The notes under the pieces were generated by a model. The model was not told where the DNA came from, searched no databases, and saw only the letters and a program-made list of their open reading frames with translations. Shown here in pieces: positions 41,909 to 52,160 of a stretch of DNA of 64,000 nucleotides (within the stretch, counting starts at the first letter, position 1; every line of letters begins with the position of its first letter). Source of the DNA: Limisphaerales bacterium (GTDB lineage Bacteria; Verrucomicrobiota; Verrucomicrobiia; Limisphaerales; JAJOIW01). The translations under genes and the position numbers were made by a program. Where the stretch lies: positions 43,795 through 107,794 of the forward strand of contig CBFHOE010000010.1 in the NCBI GenBank assembly GCA_965657355.1, in the 5' to 3' direction.

Positions 41909-43111
41909 TCAGGCCTCAGAATCGGTGATCGCTAATTCGTGGATAGTGAATGGACTGTCGATGCCTTTGATATTTACCCTGAGATTTCCAACAGTCCTAA
42001 ATGGAACTGATGCCGCCTCAAGCGTATGGGTGGATACGAGTATCTGACCTCCGACAGTAAAACTCTCAATTCGAGCCGCCAAGTTGACGGTCGCGCCGAC
42101 AACTCCGAATTTTAACCTTTTGCTGGACCCAATATTTCCAACAACAGCATCTCCAGAATTGACCCCAATTCCCATTTGCAGGTCACAACTTCTTACCTCC
42201 CGAGAAATATTTTTCAGTTTTTGAAGCTCTTGTTGCATTTTTCGGGAACATGCCATCGCACGTTCCGCATGATTTTCATACGGGGACAGAGCCCCGAATA
42301 CCGCCAAGATTCCATCCCCAACAAAATCAATTATCATCCCACTAAATTCATTGATGACATCTATCATTCGCTCGAAATATAAATTCAGCATGCCAACCAA
42401 TTCGGCAGGTGAGGTCTTGCTGGAGAGCTCTGTGAACCCACGAAGATCACTAACCAGCACAGAAACGTTTCTGGATTCACCCCCGATTCTGATGGATTGT
42501 GGCTGCGATAGCACTTTTTCCAACAACTGATTGCCAGCATATTGGCCAAATACTGACTGAATAAAATCGCTTTTTGCCCGGAGCTCAGAATGCGCAGCGG
42601 TTAAGTCGCTCTGCAACTTTGATATCTCCATCAAATTTAATTGATCTTCTACAATCGACGCCAGGTCATTAAGAATCCCTAGCTCATTATCAGAAACGGA
42701 CCTTGGCTGGCATCCAGCTACACAAAGCGTCCCGACATTGTAACCTGATATAGATTTTAAAGGGCGGCCGGCATAAAACCGGACGAAAGGATTGCCGACC
42801 ACCATGGGATTGTCATGAAATCTTTCGTCAGTGGTTGCGTCGGGAATTACCAAAACTTTATCCTCTACAATAGCATGACCACAAAAAGACGTATCACGTG
42901 GAGTTTCCGTATCCTTAATCCCACATTTTGACTTGAACCATTGCCGAGATGAATCAACCAAAGCCACGTAACTCATCTCCACATTAAACAATGATTTTGC
43001 AGTTCGAGTAATGCGATCAAACCGCTCTTCAGGCGATGTATCTAAAATCTTGAGCTCCAATAGAGCCCGGTGCCGCTCATCTTCAAATATAGGTGTTGGG
43101 GCCTTGATCAT
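41909..43111 (-). CDS. GAF + class III adenylate/guanylate cyclase
   Basis: LDTSPEERFDRIT..SFCGHAI..FYAGRPL GAF; SDLRGFT, FVGDG, VNLAARIES. Confidence 0.93.
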   Translation of the reverse strand: MIKAPTPIFEDERHRALLELKILDTSPEERFDRITRTAKSLFNVEMSYVALVDSSRQWFKSKCGIKDTETPRDTSFCGHAIVEDKVLVIPDATTDERFHDNPMVVGNPFVRFYAGRPLKSISGYNVGTLCVAGCQPRSVSDNELGILNDLASIVEDQLNLMEISKLQSDLTAAHSELRAKSDFIQSVFGQYAGNQLLEKVLSQPQSIRIGGESRNVSVLVSDLRGFTELSSKTSPAELVGMLNLYFERMIDVINEFSGMIIDFVGDGILAVFGALSPYENHAERAMACSRKMQQELQKLKNISREVRSCDLQMGIGVNSGDAVVGNIGSSKRLKFGVVGATVNLAARIESFTVGGQILVSTHTLEAASVPFRTVGNLRVNIKGIDSPFTIHELAITDSEA

Positions 43112-43236
43112 AACAAATCTTGTCCTCTTTTGAAATTAACAGACCATTTCCTACCTAAAAACTACGAATTGATATATTCAAATGGTCTTTAGATTTTCCT
43201 TATACTATTACTTTTCATTTAATAGTCTGTGAAGCA

Positions 43237-43818
43237 ATGAGTGAGAAGGTACTAATTATAATTGGAGATGCGGCCGAAACCGTTGATACGCTCTACCCCT
43301 ATTATAGATTGATCGAAGGGGGGTTCCAACCAGTTGTTGCTGGACCTGAAGTCCACAAATATCAAATGGTGATGCATGAAATTAAACCGGGTTGGACAAT
43401 CACCAAGGAGTGGGAAGGATACTCAATACAGTCCGACATCGCCTTTGAAAAAGTAGAATGTGAAGAATACCTTGGCATTTTCTTCAGTGGTGGCCGGGCA
43501 CCAGAATATATTCGTTATGACGAAAATCTTGTCAAAATCACGCGGTATTTCTTTAAAAATAATTTACCCATAGCCAGTGTTTGTCATGGCGTTGAGATAC
43601 CCGCCTATGCAGATTGTGTCAGAGGGCGAAAAATGGCGACAGTCCCAAAGTGTCAATTTGATTTGGAAGTCTGTGGTGGAACCTTTGTCAATGAACCCTG
43701 CGTCGTCGATGGAAACTTAGTAAGCGGCCGAACTTATCACGATCATGGTCATTACATGGGCGAATGGATGCGACTCTTGGATCTTGAACGAGAAAAGAGA
43801 AAAAACTCAGGAAATTAA
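43237..43818 (+). CDS. DJ-1/PfpI family protein
   Basis: GGRAPEYIR, VCHG, VVDGNLVSG. Confidence 0.92.
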   Translation: MSEKVLIIIGDAAETVDTLYPYYRLIEGGFQPVVAGPEVHKYQMVMHEIKPGWTITKEWEGYSIQSDIAFEKVECEEYLGIFFSGGRAPEYIRYDENLVKITRYFFKNNLPIASVCHGVEIPAYADCVRGRKMATVPKCQFDLEVCGGTFVNEPCVVDGNLVSGRTYHDHGHYMGEWMRLLDLEREKRKNSGN

Positions 43819-43843
43819 CCTCAACCAATTAGGAGAAGAAAGA

Positions 43844-44488
43844 ATGTTATCAACAGATTTTATTCCCGCAAGACAGGGTGGTTCGCGCTATCTCATGCTG
43901 GTCATGCATGGCTTGGGTGACAGCATGGAGGGATATCGCTCTCTTGTACCAGAGCTCGGAATACCTGAAATGAATTACCTACTTATTAATGCACCAGATC
44001 ATTATGTGAGTGGATTCAGTTGGTATGACATTTATGAGAACCCCGAACCCGGAATCATTCGCAGCAGGAAACTCCTAATAGACCTCTTGGACCACCAAAA
44101 CAAAGAAGGATTTGAATATGATCATATGTTCTTATTTGGGTTTTCTCAAGGATGCCTGATGGCCGTAGAAACTGGAGCAAGATGTGAGCATACCCTGGGT
44201 GGAATCATAGGAATCAGCGGGTATGTCCAGAATCCAGAGGCCCTGGTCAAAGAAAAATCAGAAGCTGCAGAATCACAGAACTTTCTCATTACCCACGGAA
44301 ATGCTGATGACATCATACCAATCGAAAAATCTCGCCCCACATTCCAATACCTCTCGGATTCTGGATTGAATATAAAATGGGAAGAATTCAGCAAAGCCCA
44401 CTCGTTCGAAGGAGAAAGAGAATTTCAGGTCATCAGAGACTTTGTCAATCAACGCATAAAAAGCATAGAATCCAATACGGATGCATGA
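43844..44488 (+). CDS. Phospholipase/carboxylesterase
   Basis: HGLGD, GFSQG, HGNADD; AGGAG RBS at 43831 supports start 43844. Confidence 0.88.
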   Translation: MLSTDFIPARQGGSRYLMLVMHGLGDSMEGYRSLVPELGIPEMNYLLINAPDHYVSGFSWYDIYENPEPGIIRSRKLLIDLLDHQNKEGFEYDHMFLFGFSQGCLMAVETGARCEHTLGGIIGISGYVQNPEALVKEKSEAAESQNFLITHGNADDIIPIEKSRPTFQYLSDSGLNIKWEEFSKAHSFEGEREFQVIRDFVNQRIKSIESNTDA

Positions 44489-44489
44489 C

Positions 44490-44519
44490 TTGACCAATGC
44501 CCAATGGTTTAGTTAAGCT
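44490..44519 (+). promoter_or_regulatory. Candidate sigma70 promoter of tig
   Basis: TTGACC-18 bp-TAAGCT, 55 bp before the GTG start. Confidence 0.35.
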
Positions 44520-44574
44520 GACCCGCTTATTTCATAAAGATCAGCTAAAAATAAAAATTTATTAAAAAATTAAA

Positions 44575-45915
44575 GTGAATATCTCGGTAGATGATTTAGG
44601 GCCATGTAAAAAGCTTGTCCGGATTGAGTTTGACCAAGAAAGCGTCAAAGAAGCTTCAAATTCGGTTGTCGATAAATACCAAAAACAGGCTCAGCTTCCG
44701 GGCTTTAGAAAAGGTAAAGCCCCGAAGCTGATGATCATCAGCTCTTATCGAGATGATATCGAGCAACAGGTAAAATCCACACTCATGGAAAAAGGCCTCA
44801 AGAAGGCCATTGAGGACAATGAGTTCCGCCTCATCAATTATAACGACATTGAAATCATTAAATTTGATCTCAATGGGGAATTTAGCGTTTCTGCTAACAT
44901 TGAAGTCGAACCCTCTTTTGATGTTCCAGAATACAAGGGATTAGAAGTTGAAGCTGTCAGAATCACTGTAACCGATGAAGACGTAAATGAGGCGCTGGAA
45001 ACACTCAGAGCCCAAAAAGCAGAATATGTTGACGCAGACGGACCATTAACCAAGGAACACATTGCTGTAGTCGACTTTAAAGGTTCCATCGATGGACAGC
45101 CCATATCTGAGATCTCCAGCGAAGCTGCCAGTATCTCTGAAGGATCTGGCCAGTGGCTAAAACTAGACTCGGATAATTTTCTACCGGGCTTTAATGAAGG
45201 ATTGATCGGAAAAAATAAGGGTGATAAGGCAAACATCAACTCAACATTTTCAGAAGAATTCCCTTATAAAGACCTTGCCGGGAAAGAAGGACAATTCGAG
45301 GTTGAAGTAAAAGAAATAAAATTAACGAAATTGCCCGAAGTCGATGATGAGTTCGCCAAAGGGTTTGAAGCAGAGTCATTAGAAAGCTTGAAAGAAGGTA
45401 TCAAAAAAGACTTGGAAGCAGAGGCCGACAATAAATACAAAAAAGAACTAAGAGCTATCCTCGTTCAAAAGGTCACCGAAAAAGCGGATTTCGAAATCCC
45501 TCAATCCATGGCAGATGAAACGACGAAACGTATGGTCTATGACATCGTATACCAAAACCAGCAGGCAGGAATTTCAAAAGAACAGATAGAGGAAAACACA
45601 GACGAAATTTATGCCAACGCCAATCAATCAGCCATACAAAGAGTGAGAAATTCACTGATTCTTCAGAGCATTGGGAGAAAAGAAGACGTCCAGGTTAATA
45701 ATGAAGAATTATCAGCATACGTCTCCCAAATGGCTGTAACATACAATATCAAACCAGAGAAACTTATTGAGGATTTAAAGGAACGGGATGCATTTCCTGA
45801 AATTGTTAATAATATCTCAATGGCCAAAACCATCGACATCATACAGATGCACGCAAAGATTACCGAGATTTCTAAAACTAAAAAAGAGCTTTCAGACCAG
45901 CCTACGAAAGAATAG
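44575..45915 (+). CDS. tig: Trigger factor
   Basis: PGFRKGKAP ribosome-binding motif; FKBP domain FLPGF..GLIG; LPEVDDEFA. Confidence 0.96.
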   Translation: MNISVDDLGPCKKLVRIEFDQESVKEASNSVVDKYQKQAQLPGFRKGKAPKLMIISSYRDDIEQQVKSTLMEKGLKKAIEDNEFRLINYNDIEIIKFDLNGEFSVSANIEVEPSFDVPEYKGLEVEAVRITVTDEDVNEALETLRAQKAEYVDADGPLTKEHIAVVDFKGSIDGQPISEISSEAASISEGSGQWLKLDSDNFLPGFNEGLIGKNKGDKANINSTFSEEFPYKDLAGKEGQFEVEVKEIKLTKLPEVDDEFAKGFEAESLESLKEGIKKDLEAEADNKYKKELRAILVQKVTEKADFEIPQSMADETTKRMVYDIVYQNQQAGISKEQIEENTDEIYANANQSAIQRVRNSLILQSIGRKEDVQVNNEELSAYVSQMAVTYNIKPEKLIEDLKERDAFPEIVNNISMAKTIDIIQMHAKITEISKTKKELSDQPTKE

Positions 45916-45953
45916 ACAGAAAGTTCCTTTGATAAATTTTTACATTTTTATAA

Positions 45954-45988
45954 AAAAAGCGGTATTGATAATTTCAATACCGCTTTTT
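45954..45988. terminator. Bidirectional intrinsic terminator
   Basis: aaaaagcggtattga-taatt-tcaataccgcttttt between convergent tig and phosphoesterase genes. Confidence 0.9.
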
Positions 45989-46035
45989 GAATTTCAAGAG
46001 ACCTAAAAGTAAATAAGGTCATAAAAAATGTCCGA

Positions 46036-47412
46036 TTAATATGGAATGGTATTCTTGAATTTTCTTTCGGGTGTAGAAACGATCGTGTCGTTGGTCAGCA
46101 GCTTCGCCCCATTTCCAAGTTTTTCGAGTTCGAAGCCATCATAGACTTTACCGGTTGCTGTCACAGCCTTATAGGAAAGTTTGCGATGCTCGAATGATAA
46201 GACTTGAAATAGTTGAGTGTTTTCTGCCATCCGGTCCATTATAATATTGTCATCGGCATAACCATCCCACCTGTCGGGTTTGACCGTATACATCTTTGAA
46301 CCACTCACAGAATTAACATAAACACTCTTAGTGTATTCTTTTATCGGACCGGCTTTTGTGTCGCGGGTATGACCTCTGGCATACGTATGGTCATGTCCTT
46401 GTAAGACTAAATCGACATTATTTTTTTCAAGAATAGGCATCCAGGACTTTCGCAACTTAAGATTATCACGATTTACAGCTGAAGCGAAAATTGGATAATG
46501 GAAGGCGACCACCTTCCACTGGTGATTTGAATTGGAAAGTATTTTATCCATCCATGCTGCCTGCTTCCCGATTTCAGCCATGCTGTTTAGACATACAAAA
46601 AGGACTCCCTGGTATTCGAAATGATATGCCGTTTCCTTAATGGAGTCAGGAAGCTCAGGATAAGTTGGAAATTCAAATTGTGGTTGCCACTGAATCGAGA
46701 GTGATCTAACCGCTTTGTCATCAATTTTTAAATCCCCATACTCGTGATTACCGGGAACAGCAACCGCAGGAATAGTTCCATGAGTCCACCCTGTGGCCTT
46801 GAACCATTGACCCCATTCATCATCCATATGGGCCGAGTTGATAAGATCTCCAGCGTGAAGCAAAAACCTCATGTCAGGAGCCGAGAAAACAGACTGGCGA
46901 ATCAACCGAGACCAATGCGAAAGAATGCCATTCTGCGCATCCCCAACATATACAAATGAAAAAGGATCAAATCCTTGAGAAGCAGTAGTAAAATGAAACC
47001 ATTCACTGAAAGAATTCCTCCCATCGCCAACCCGATAGGCGTATTGAGTCGACGGCTCAAGGTCTTGAAATGCCACCGTGTGAAAATGCGCTTGTATGTC
47101 AGGATTATATTCCGCTTTTTTAAGTTTTAGAATTTGCGATTTGGCTTTTACTCGAACAGCCTTCTTTGAAAAACCGGGAGCATCGTACGCCTCTGCAATT
47201 TCCGCCCAGCCAGTCAGTATATTTGTACTGGTTCGCCAAGTAACAGAATACCCAGTAGATGGATCCCCGGTAGGATTGAGCATTATACGGTCTGGGGTTT
47301 CACTGGGAGGGCCACCTGTCAAATCAGCGTCCGCTGACATACAAATATGCGAAAAAGGTAGCATCAGTGTGCTCACCATTAAGAATCTAGCAAAAAAGAT
47401 TATTGGTTTCAT
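46036..47412 (-). CDS. Secreted purple-acid-phosphatase-like metallophosphoesterase with FN3-like N-domain
   Basis: GDAQ, GDLIN, GNHE, FHYP, GHDH; start set at MKPII. Confidence 0.9.
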   Translation of the reverse strand: MKPIIFFARFLMVSTLMLPFSHICMSADADLTGGPPSETPDRIMLNPTGDPSTGYSVTWRTSTNILTGWAEIAEAYDAPGFSKKAVRVKAKSQILKLKKAEYNPDIQAHFHTVAFQDLEPSTQYAYRVGDGRNSFSEWFHFTTASQGFDPFSFVYVGDAQNGILSHWSRLIRQSVFSAPDMRFLLHAGDLINSAHMDDEWGQWFKATGWTHGTIPAVAVPGNHEYGDLKIDDKAVRSLSIQWQPQFEFPTYPELPDSIKETAYHFEYQGVLFVCLNSMAEIGKQAAWMDKILSNSNHQWKVVAFHYPIFASAVNRDNLKLRKSWMPILEKNNVDLVLQGHDHTYARGHTRDTKAGPIKEYTKSVYVNSVSGSKMYTVKPDRWDGYADDNIIMDRMAENTQLFQVLSFEHRKLSYKAVTATGKVYDGFELEKLGNGAKLLTNDTIVSTPERKFKNTIPY

Positions 47413-47595
47413 AAAATATTCAATCTTTATATAAGGTGAATTTTTCCAAATGCAAATCGGCGAAAATACAATCACCATTTGAATCATTCGACGCGAACGA
47501 GAATAACTTAATTTTTATTTTTTAGTAAAAAGTCAGAGGTCTTAGCCTTATCTAATTATTTGGAAGATAATCGAATTAGGATTTGAAAATTGAGA

Positions 47596-48165
47596 TCATT
47601 TTGAGTCTCTTTTTTTCTTTTTCTTAATGCCAGCTTCAGAACCAGATTTTCTTTCTCCCGTGATATAAAACTGGAATCCGAGACCACATATGAATATACA
47701 AGGAAGCACTAACTGAGAGATATTCCATAGCTCATGGCCGACCATATAGATAATGATACTGCCTATCGCTGATGAAACGATGACTAAAGCAACATCAAAA
47801 AGCTTGATAAATAGAAACAGGAGAGCAATTCCCAAAATCACACCCAGCACAAGTTCAATGATGATGCTATTTATGGAAAATAAAGCACCCAAGACAAAGC
47901 CTAAGTATAACCCACAAAAAAAGATAGCTACTCGTAGGAGAACTTTCTTGAAGATAAAGTATGAAACCAAAATGGTGCAGAATACTATGAAGAAGGTGAT
48001 AAGATAGAACCTGGGCTCCTGGTCACCTAAAACCTGGTCTTGAATAGCAACGAACCAAACGGCTCCCATGAATGATGGAAAAACAAAAAAAAGCCTCTTA
48101 CCCCAAAGTAAAAGTAAAAAACCAAAAATGGATGCAATGAAATAAAATGCCTGATCTCCGCTCAT
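47596..48165 (-). CDS. DUF4203-like multi-pass membrane protein
   Basis: About seven hydrophobic segments; LLLWGKRLF; GLGFQ; basic tail. Confidence 0.65.
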   Translation of the reverse strand: MSGDQAFYFIASIFGFLLLLWGKRLFFVFPSFMGAVWFVAIQDQVLGDQEPRFYLITFFIVFCTILVSYFIFKKVLLRVAIFFCGLYLGFVLGALFSINSIIIELVLGVILGIALLFLFIKLFDVALVIVSSAIGSIIIYMVGHELWNISQLVLPCIFICGLGFQFYITGERKSGSEAGIKKKKKRDSK

Positions 48166-48191
48166 CGACGACTAAAGCCGAGGAAAAAATA

Positions 48192-49568
48192 TCAGATCGG
48201 CTGCTTCATGAAAACCTGAATTTCCAGGTAATCTAAGTTCTTTTCCACGAAATATAGTGCCACCAAGAGCCCAACAACTGTTGCGCTCAAAAACCCCAAC
48301 CCGTAATACTGAACTCCCATGCTTATAGATACCAGTGTGACCGAGGCATTGGTAATCATAAAACTCATGCATGTAATCATTGCTGCATTTTTTTTGTCCA
48401 TGTAATAAAGAACCAAAAGGAGCGCCATAAAAATAACGAGAACAAAAGCTCCTAATAAGGAAATCTGGAAAACCCCAGTCTGGACGTCATTCAAATCAAG
48501 AATATCTAAAACATTCCCCGCACTCAGTATTAAGATGCCGGTCACAAGGCCCTGAAGCTTAATGAGCTGACCTATGCTGAGAGTCAATGAATCAAGTATT
48601 TTTCTTTTGGCCTCTTGAATCTGACCAAGCGATCCACGGTTTATAATTTTATCAATAAAATCAGCCATGTAATAAACAAGCCCAGTCTCAACTTTTAACA
48701 AGAAAAATGATATTCCAGGTAAAATCGACAAAAAGGAAAAATAGACGGCCGGATCATAAACCGGTGCACTATATAAAAATCCGGAGATTTGGACTGCCTT
48801 AGGATCTGCCCACCAAAATAAAAACTTATCAATCCAAATCCCCAAATTGTAAAACAATCCACAAAAAGCAAGTTGGTAGTATTTCCTACCAATGGTGATA
48901 CAAGAATCGAATTTTGCATGAAAATTTAAACCCGTCTCAAGATATATAATTTTTATGAGATGTAAGAAAATAATAAGATGGCCGAGAACCATCCCAAACA
49001 TGGCTCCACCAATACCTGAGATATGACCAAGCCCCCAACCAAAAAGAATACATAAAACAAATCCAACAAAAAACCCCCTGACAAGCTCTCGATAATTTTT
49101 TATGCCACTAAGAAAAACACTGCATAGCCAGATACACCCCACTAAAACAAATAGCATAGCAGAGGAGCCCCTGAAAAGAAGATTGGCTTCAACAAAAAAA
49201 TAAAACATGAAAACACCCAACACAAAAAGTATAATAGCGCCCCATGAGAGAAACTGTAGAAAGCACCCGAAGATTGGATCCGTTTCTTTCTTATATAATT
49301 GATCAGATGTATAACGAGTCATAATCATCTGAAAAGGACCAACAGCAACAAGACTTGTTCCGTATATAACAGAAATCGCAACAAGAAATATGCGAACATC
49401 TGGCTCTGATGTGACCCGCTCTAATAAATACCCTAAAAGCGCCATAGATGACACAGCGATAACCCAAGGCCCCCCGGCAATGACCCCAGCAAGCCCATAG
49501 GCCCGAAGCAGAGATGTATATGTTTTCTGCTTCATCAATCGATTCAATTCAAATCCTACACCGGCCAT
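48192..49568 (-). CDS. pelG: Pel exopolysaccharide inner-membrane protein PelG
   Basis: MAGVGFEL, GPW, TRYTSDQLY, GIWIDK, YD..VY, KVET. Confidence 0.93.
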   Translation of the reverse strand: MAGVGFELNRLMKQKTYTSLLRAYGLAGVIAGGPWVIAVSSMALLGYLLERVTSEPDVRIFLVAISVIYGTSLVAVGPFQMIMTRYTSDQLYKKETDPIFGCFLQFLSWGAIILFVLGVFMFYFFVEANLLFRGSSAMLFVLVGCIWLCSVFLSGIKNYRELVRGFFVGFVLCILFGWGLGHISGIGGAMFGMVLGHLIIFLHLIKIIYLETGLNFHAKFDSCITIGRKYYQLAFCGLFYNLGIWIDKFLFWWADPKAVQISGFLYSAPVYDPAVYFSFLSILPGISFFLLKVETGLVYYMADFIDKIINRGSLGQIQEAKRKILDSLTLSIGQLIKLQGLVTGILILSAGNVLDILDLNDVQTGVFQISLLGAFVLVIFMALLLVLYYMDKKNAAMITCMSFMITNASVTLVSISMGVQYYGLGFLSATVVGLLVALYFVEKNLDYLEIQVFMKQPI

Positions 49569-49609
49569 AATTTGTAAATGATTATGTTGTATTACTAAAA
49601 ATTGAGGGG

Positions 49610-51157
49610 CTATTTTACCATCCTCGGAATAAGTTCATCTTCATATAAAGCTTTGTAACGATCCATAACGTCCTGGAATATATAAAACTTTTCCGTACGC
49701 TTAAATCCACTCTCCCCCATCCGCCTCATTGTTTCCACCTTACTCATGACCGAAACGATTGCAGATGCCGTTTCTTCCGGTGACATGATAGATGTTACAG
49801 CCCCGCTAGGACCTAGCGCCCTGTCCTCAGCTGTTCGCCCATAGATGATCTCTCGGCAAGCTCCTACGTCTGTCGTGACTGCAGGCAATCCTGAAGCAAA
49901 AGCCTCCAGCAAGACCAATGGAAACCCTTCAGAAATAGAGGTTAAAACAATGCAATCAATTCGTGGAAGGAAGTCTTTGACATCCTGCATACCTAAAAAT
50001 TTTACATTTTCATGAAGGTCCAGCAGGTCCATAATTTCCCTACACTCATCATAGTATTCCGGGGTTTCCTCGTAAGGCCCAGCTAGTAAAAATTCAACGT
50101 CAGGGATTTCATCGGCGACAATACGAGCTGACCTTAATAGAGTTTTAATATCTTTTATCGGGACAATACGACCAATAAAACCAACGGTTTTACCCCGAGT
50201 TTGAGTCTCCCAGCGTTTGTGAATTAAGTTACGAGTTTCGGAAAATCGAGATGGATCGATGCCATTAGGTATAACGTCTATCTTTGATGCGTCAGCTCCA
50301 AAAGCCGTTTGGATTCTTACATTCCCGCTGAACAAGGTGGTGATGTGGTCAGCCGAATGATACGTTACAAAAGAAAGAAATTTAAAAAACTCTGCCCACG
50401 TCCGTTTTAGTTTACCCAATCCAACATCATAATCAAATTCACGCCTTCTTTCATCAAATATCCAATTGGCACGAGCTATTTCGACAATTCTCTCTTTGGT
50501 GTAAATACCGTGTTCTGAAAGGGCTAACTTTGCTTGGTGCTTTTGCGCGGCGTATGAGGCAATAGCTCCGGCATAGCCTGTACAGATTGTGTGGTATACC
50601 GATGCTTTTGGAACTCTTCGAAAACCTTTTAACAAATTAATCAATGGCATATGCAGAGTTCTAGTCATCCAGAAAAAATCAACAAATGAAGTGTCGCCGC
50701 CTAAATATTCGTAACCCTTCTCCGTCATCTCCCAAATTTCAAGATCCGTCATGAATAAGCCATGGTCCCATTCATCTATATCAGCGATAATTTTATCGAA
50801 AATTTTCCAAAATGCTCCGACTTTTGCATACGGACCATTTCCGTAATAGAAGTCATGGATACTTTGATAGACTGATCGTCTGGATTCCGTTGCTGGCTTT
50901 ATTTTGTCATTGACCAAGGAGGTATCAAAATCAAACAAATTAATCTCCTCTATAACAACGACATTGCTCGGCACATCAAATTTTTTCTTTCTCTCTTCGT
51001 CGCGGCTTCCACCTAAATAAACAATACCAAACCGAACGTCAGGCATGGCTTTGATGAGCTGATCAACCCAAACAGATACACCACCTGATACATACGGGTA
51101 CGTCGCTTCAAGTACAAGACAAACATCAACCGATTTTGGAGCGTAACTGTCATCCAT
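49610..51157 (-). CDS. pelF: GT4 glycosyltransferase PelF
   Basis: LEATYPYVSGGVSVW, CTGYAG, EHGIYTKER, GRIVPIKD, SISEGFPLVLLEA. Confidence 0.95.
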   Translation of the reverse strand: MDDSYAPKSVDVCLVLEATYPYVSGGVSVWVDQLIKAMPDVRFGIVYLGGSRDEERKKKFDVPSNVVVIEEINLFDFDTSLVNDKIKPATESRRSVYQSIHDFYYGNGPYAKVGAFWKIFDKIIADIDEWDHGLFMTDLEIWEMTEKGYEYLGGDTSFVDFFWMTRTLHMPLINLLKGFRRVPKASVYHTICTGYAGAIASYAAQKHQAKLALSEHGIYTKERIVEIARANWIFDERRREFDYDVGLGKLKRTWAEFFKFLSFVTYHSADHITTLFSGNVRIQTAFGADASKIDVIPNGIDPSRFSETRNLIHKRWETQTRGKTVGFIGRIVPIKDIKTLLRSARIVADEIPDVEFLLAGPYEETPEYYDECREIMDLLDLHENVKFLGMQDVKDFLPRIDCIVLTSISEGFPLVLLEAFASGLPAVTTDVGACREIIYGRTAEDRALGPSGAVTSIMSPEETASAIVSVMSKVETMRRMGESGFKRTEKFYIFQDVMDRYKALYEDELIPRMVK

Positions 51158-52160
51158 GTGCAAATTCCCTCACGTCTTTTTCAGTCCAAAATTTAATTTG
51201 CTTGGCGTATTGAGCCCCCAAAATGCGATCGTTCGACATCTTAATAAGAATGGTCTTTAGCCGCTTGAAGTTTCTATTGAGATAGGCCAACTCCATTTCA
51301 GCAGGTAAAACCAACGATTGAAATCCAGGAGCCTCCCTTAAAAAGTGAAGATTTTCCTGAGCTTCCTCGGTTTTATTTAACTTTATTTGGCATTTTAACA
51401 GCACCAGCCGGGCAGCGTGATTTCCAGGATCACGCTTCAAAATCGAAACCCCTATTTGCTCAGCTCGACGGACTTGGTTCATATTGACCTCTCCCTCGTT
51501 TAATTTCATTTCAGCAAACTGGTAATAGAGATCCATTAGGTTAACAAGCTCCGGGATTTTCGCTGTTTTCCTCTCAAGCTTTGTTTCAATATCCTTTATA
51601 TCAGATTCAATCTGAGAAGCCCATCTGTGCAAAACAGCCTGGGCGTTAATACGAGTGTATTCATCACTATCTAAAACAACTCGCTTTAGGATGTTCACCG
51701 CTTTGGTTTTGTTGACAAACTCTAATGTAAGAATGGCGTTCCTTCTCCTTTCCTCCTCCGGCAGGGCCAATACTTTTACTATAGGATCTGGAAACTTATA
51801 TTTTTTAATATTCTCAATATGAATTTGATGTGTCCCTTTTGAATAAACACGGATGTGCTTATCTTCCATTTCCAAACCAGAATGTGGTTTAAATAATATT
51901 CCAAAATAGCTAATAGTGAATAGACCAACGAGTGGTAACGCGCCACAAATACCAATAACCATGGCGATAAATTGTGCCGGATGAGCACCTGAAATTGATG
52001 GAGCAAGTGGCCGAAAAAAGCAAAAAGCAAAACCGACAGCTATTAAGTGAAGCGTAATGGCAGCAATAGTCACTGAAATATGGCTGCCGTCATCGATCCA
52101 AAAAAGAACAAGTGCAAAGACATCAAGAATCGATGCCATAAAATAATTAGGCCAACGCAT
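51150..52160 (-). CDS. pelE: PelE-like membrane protein with HEAT/TPR region
   Basis: N-terminal TMs, LKRVVLDSDEYTRINA, position between pelD and pelF; AGGAGAG RBS supports MRWPNY start. Confidence 0.7.
   Translation of the reverse strand: MRWPNYFMASILDVFALVLFWIDDGSHISVTIAAITLHLIAVGFAFCFFRPLAPSISGAHPAQFIAMVIGICGALPLVGLFTISYFGILFKPHSGLEMEDKHIRVYSKGTHQIHIENIKKYKFPDPIVKVLALPEEERRRNAILTLEFVNKTKAVNILKRVVLDSDEYTRINAQAVLHRWASQIESDIKDIETKLERKTAKIPELVNLMDLYYQFAEMKLNEGEVNMNQVRRAEQIGVSILKRDPGNHAARLVLLKCQIKLNKTEEAQENLHFLREAPGFQSLVLPAEMELAYLNRNFKRLKTILIKMSNDRILGAQYAKQIKFWTEKDVREFAHG

Noticed and set aside
43745..43843. Apparent overlap of the esterase ORF with the PfpI gene
   Set aside because: An RBS-supported ATG at 43844 removes it.
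44489..44574. tRNA upstream of tig
   Set aside because: No cloverleaf or T-loop motif in the 86-bp gap.
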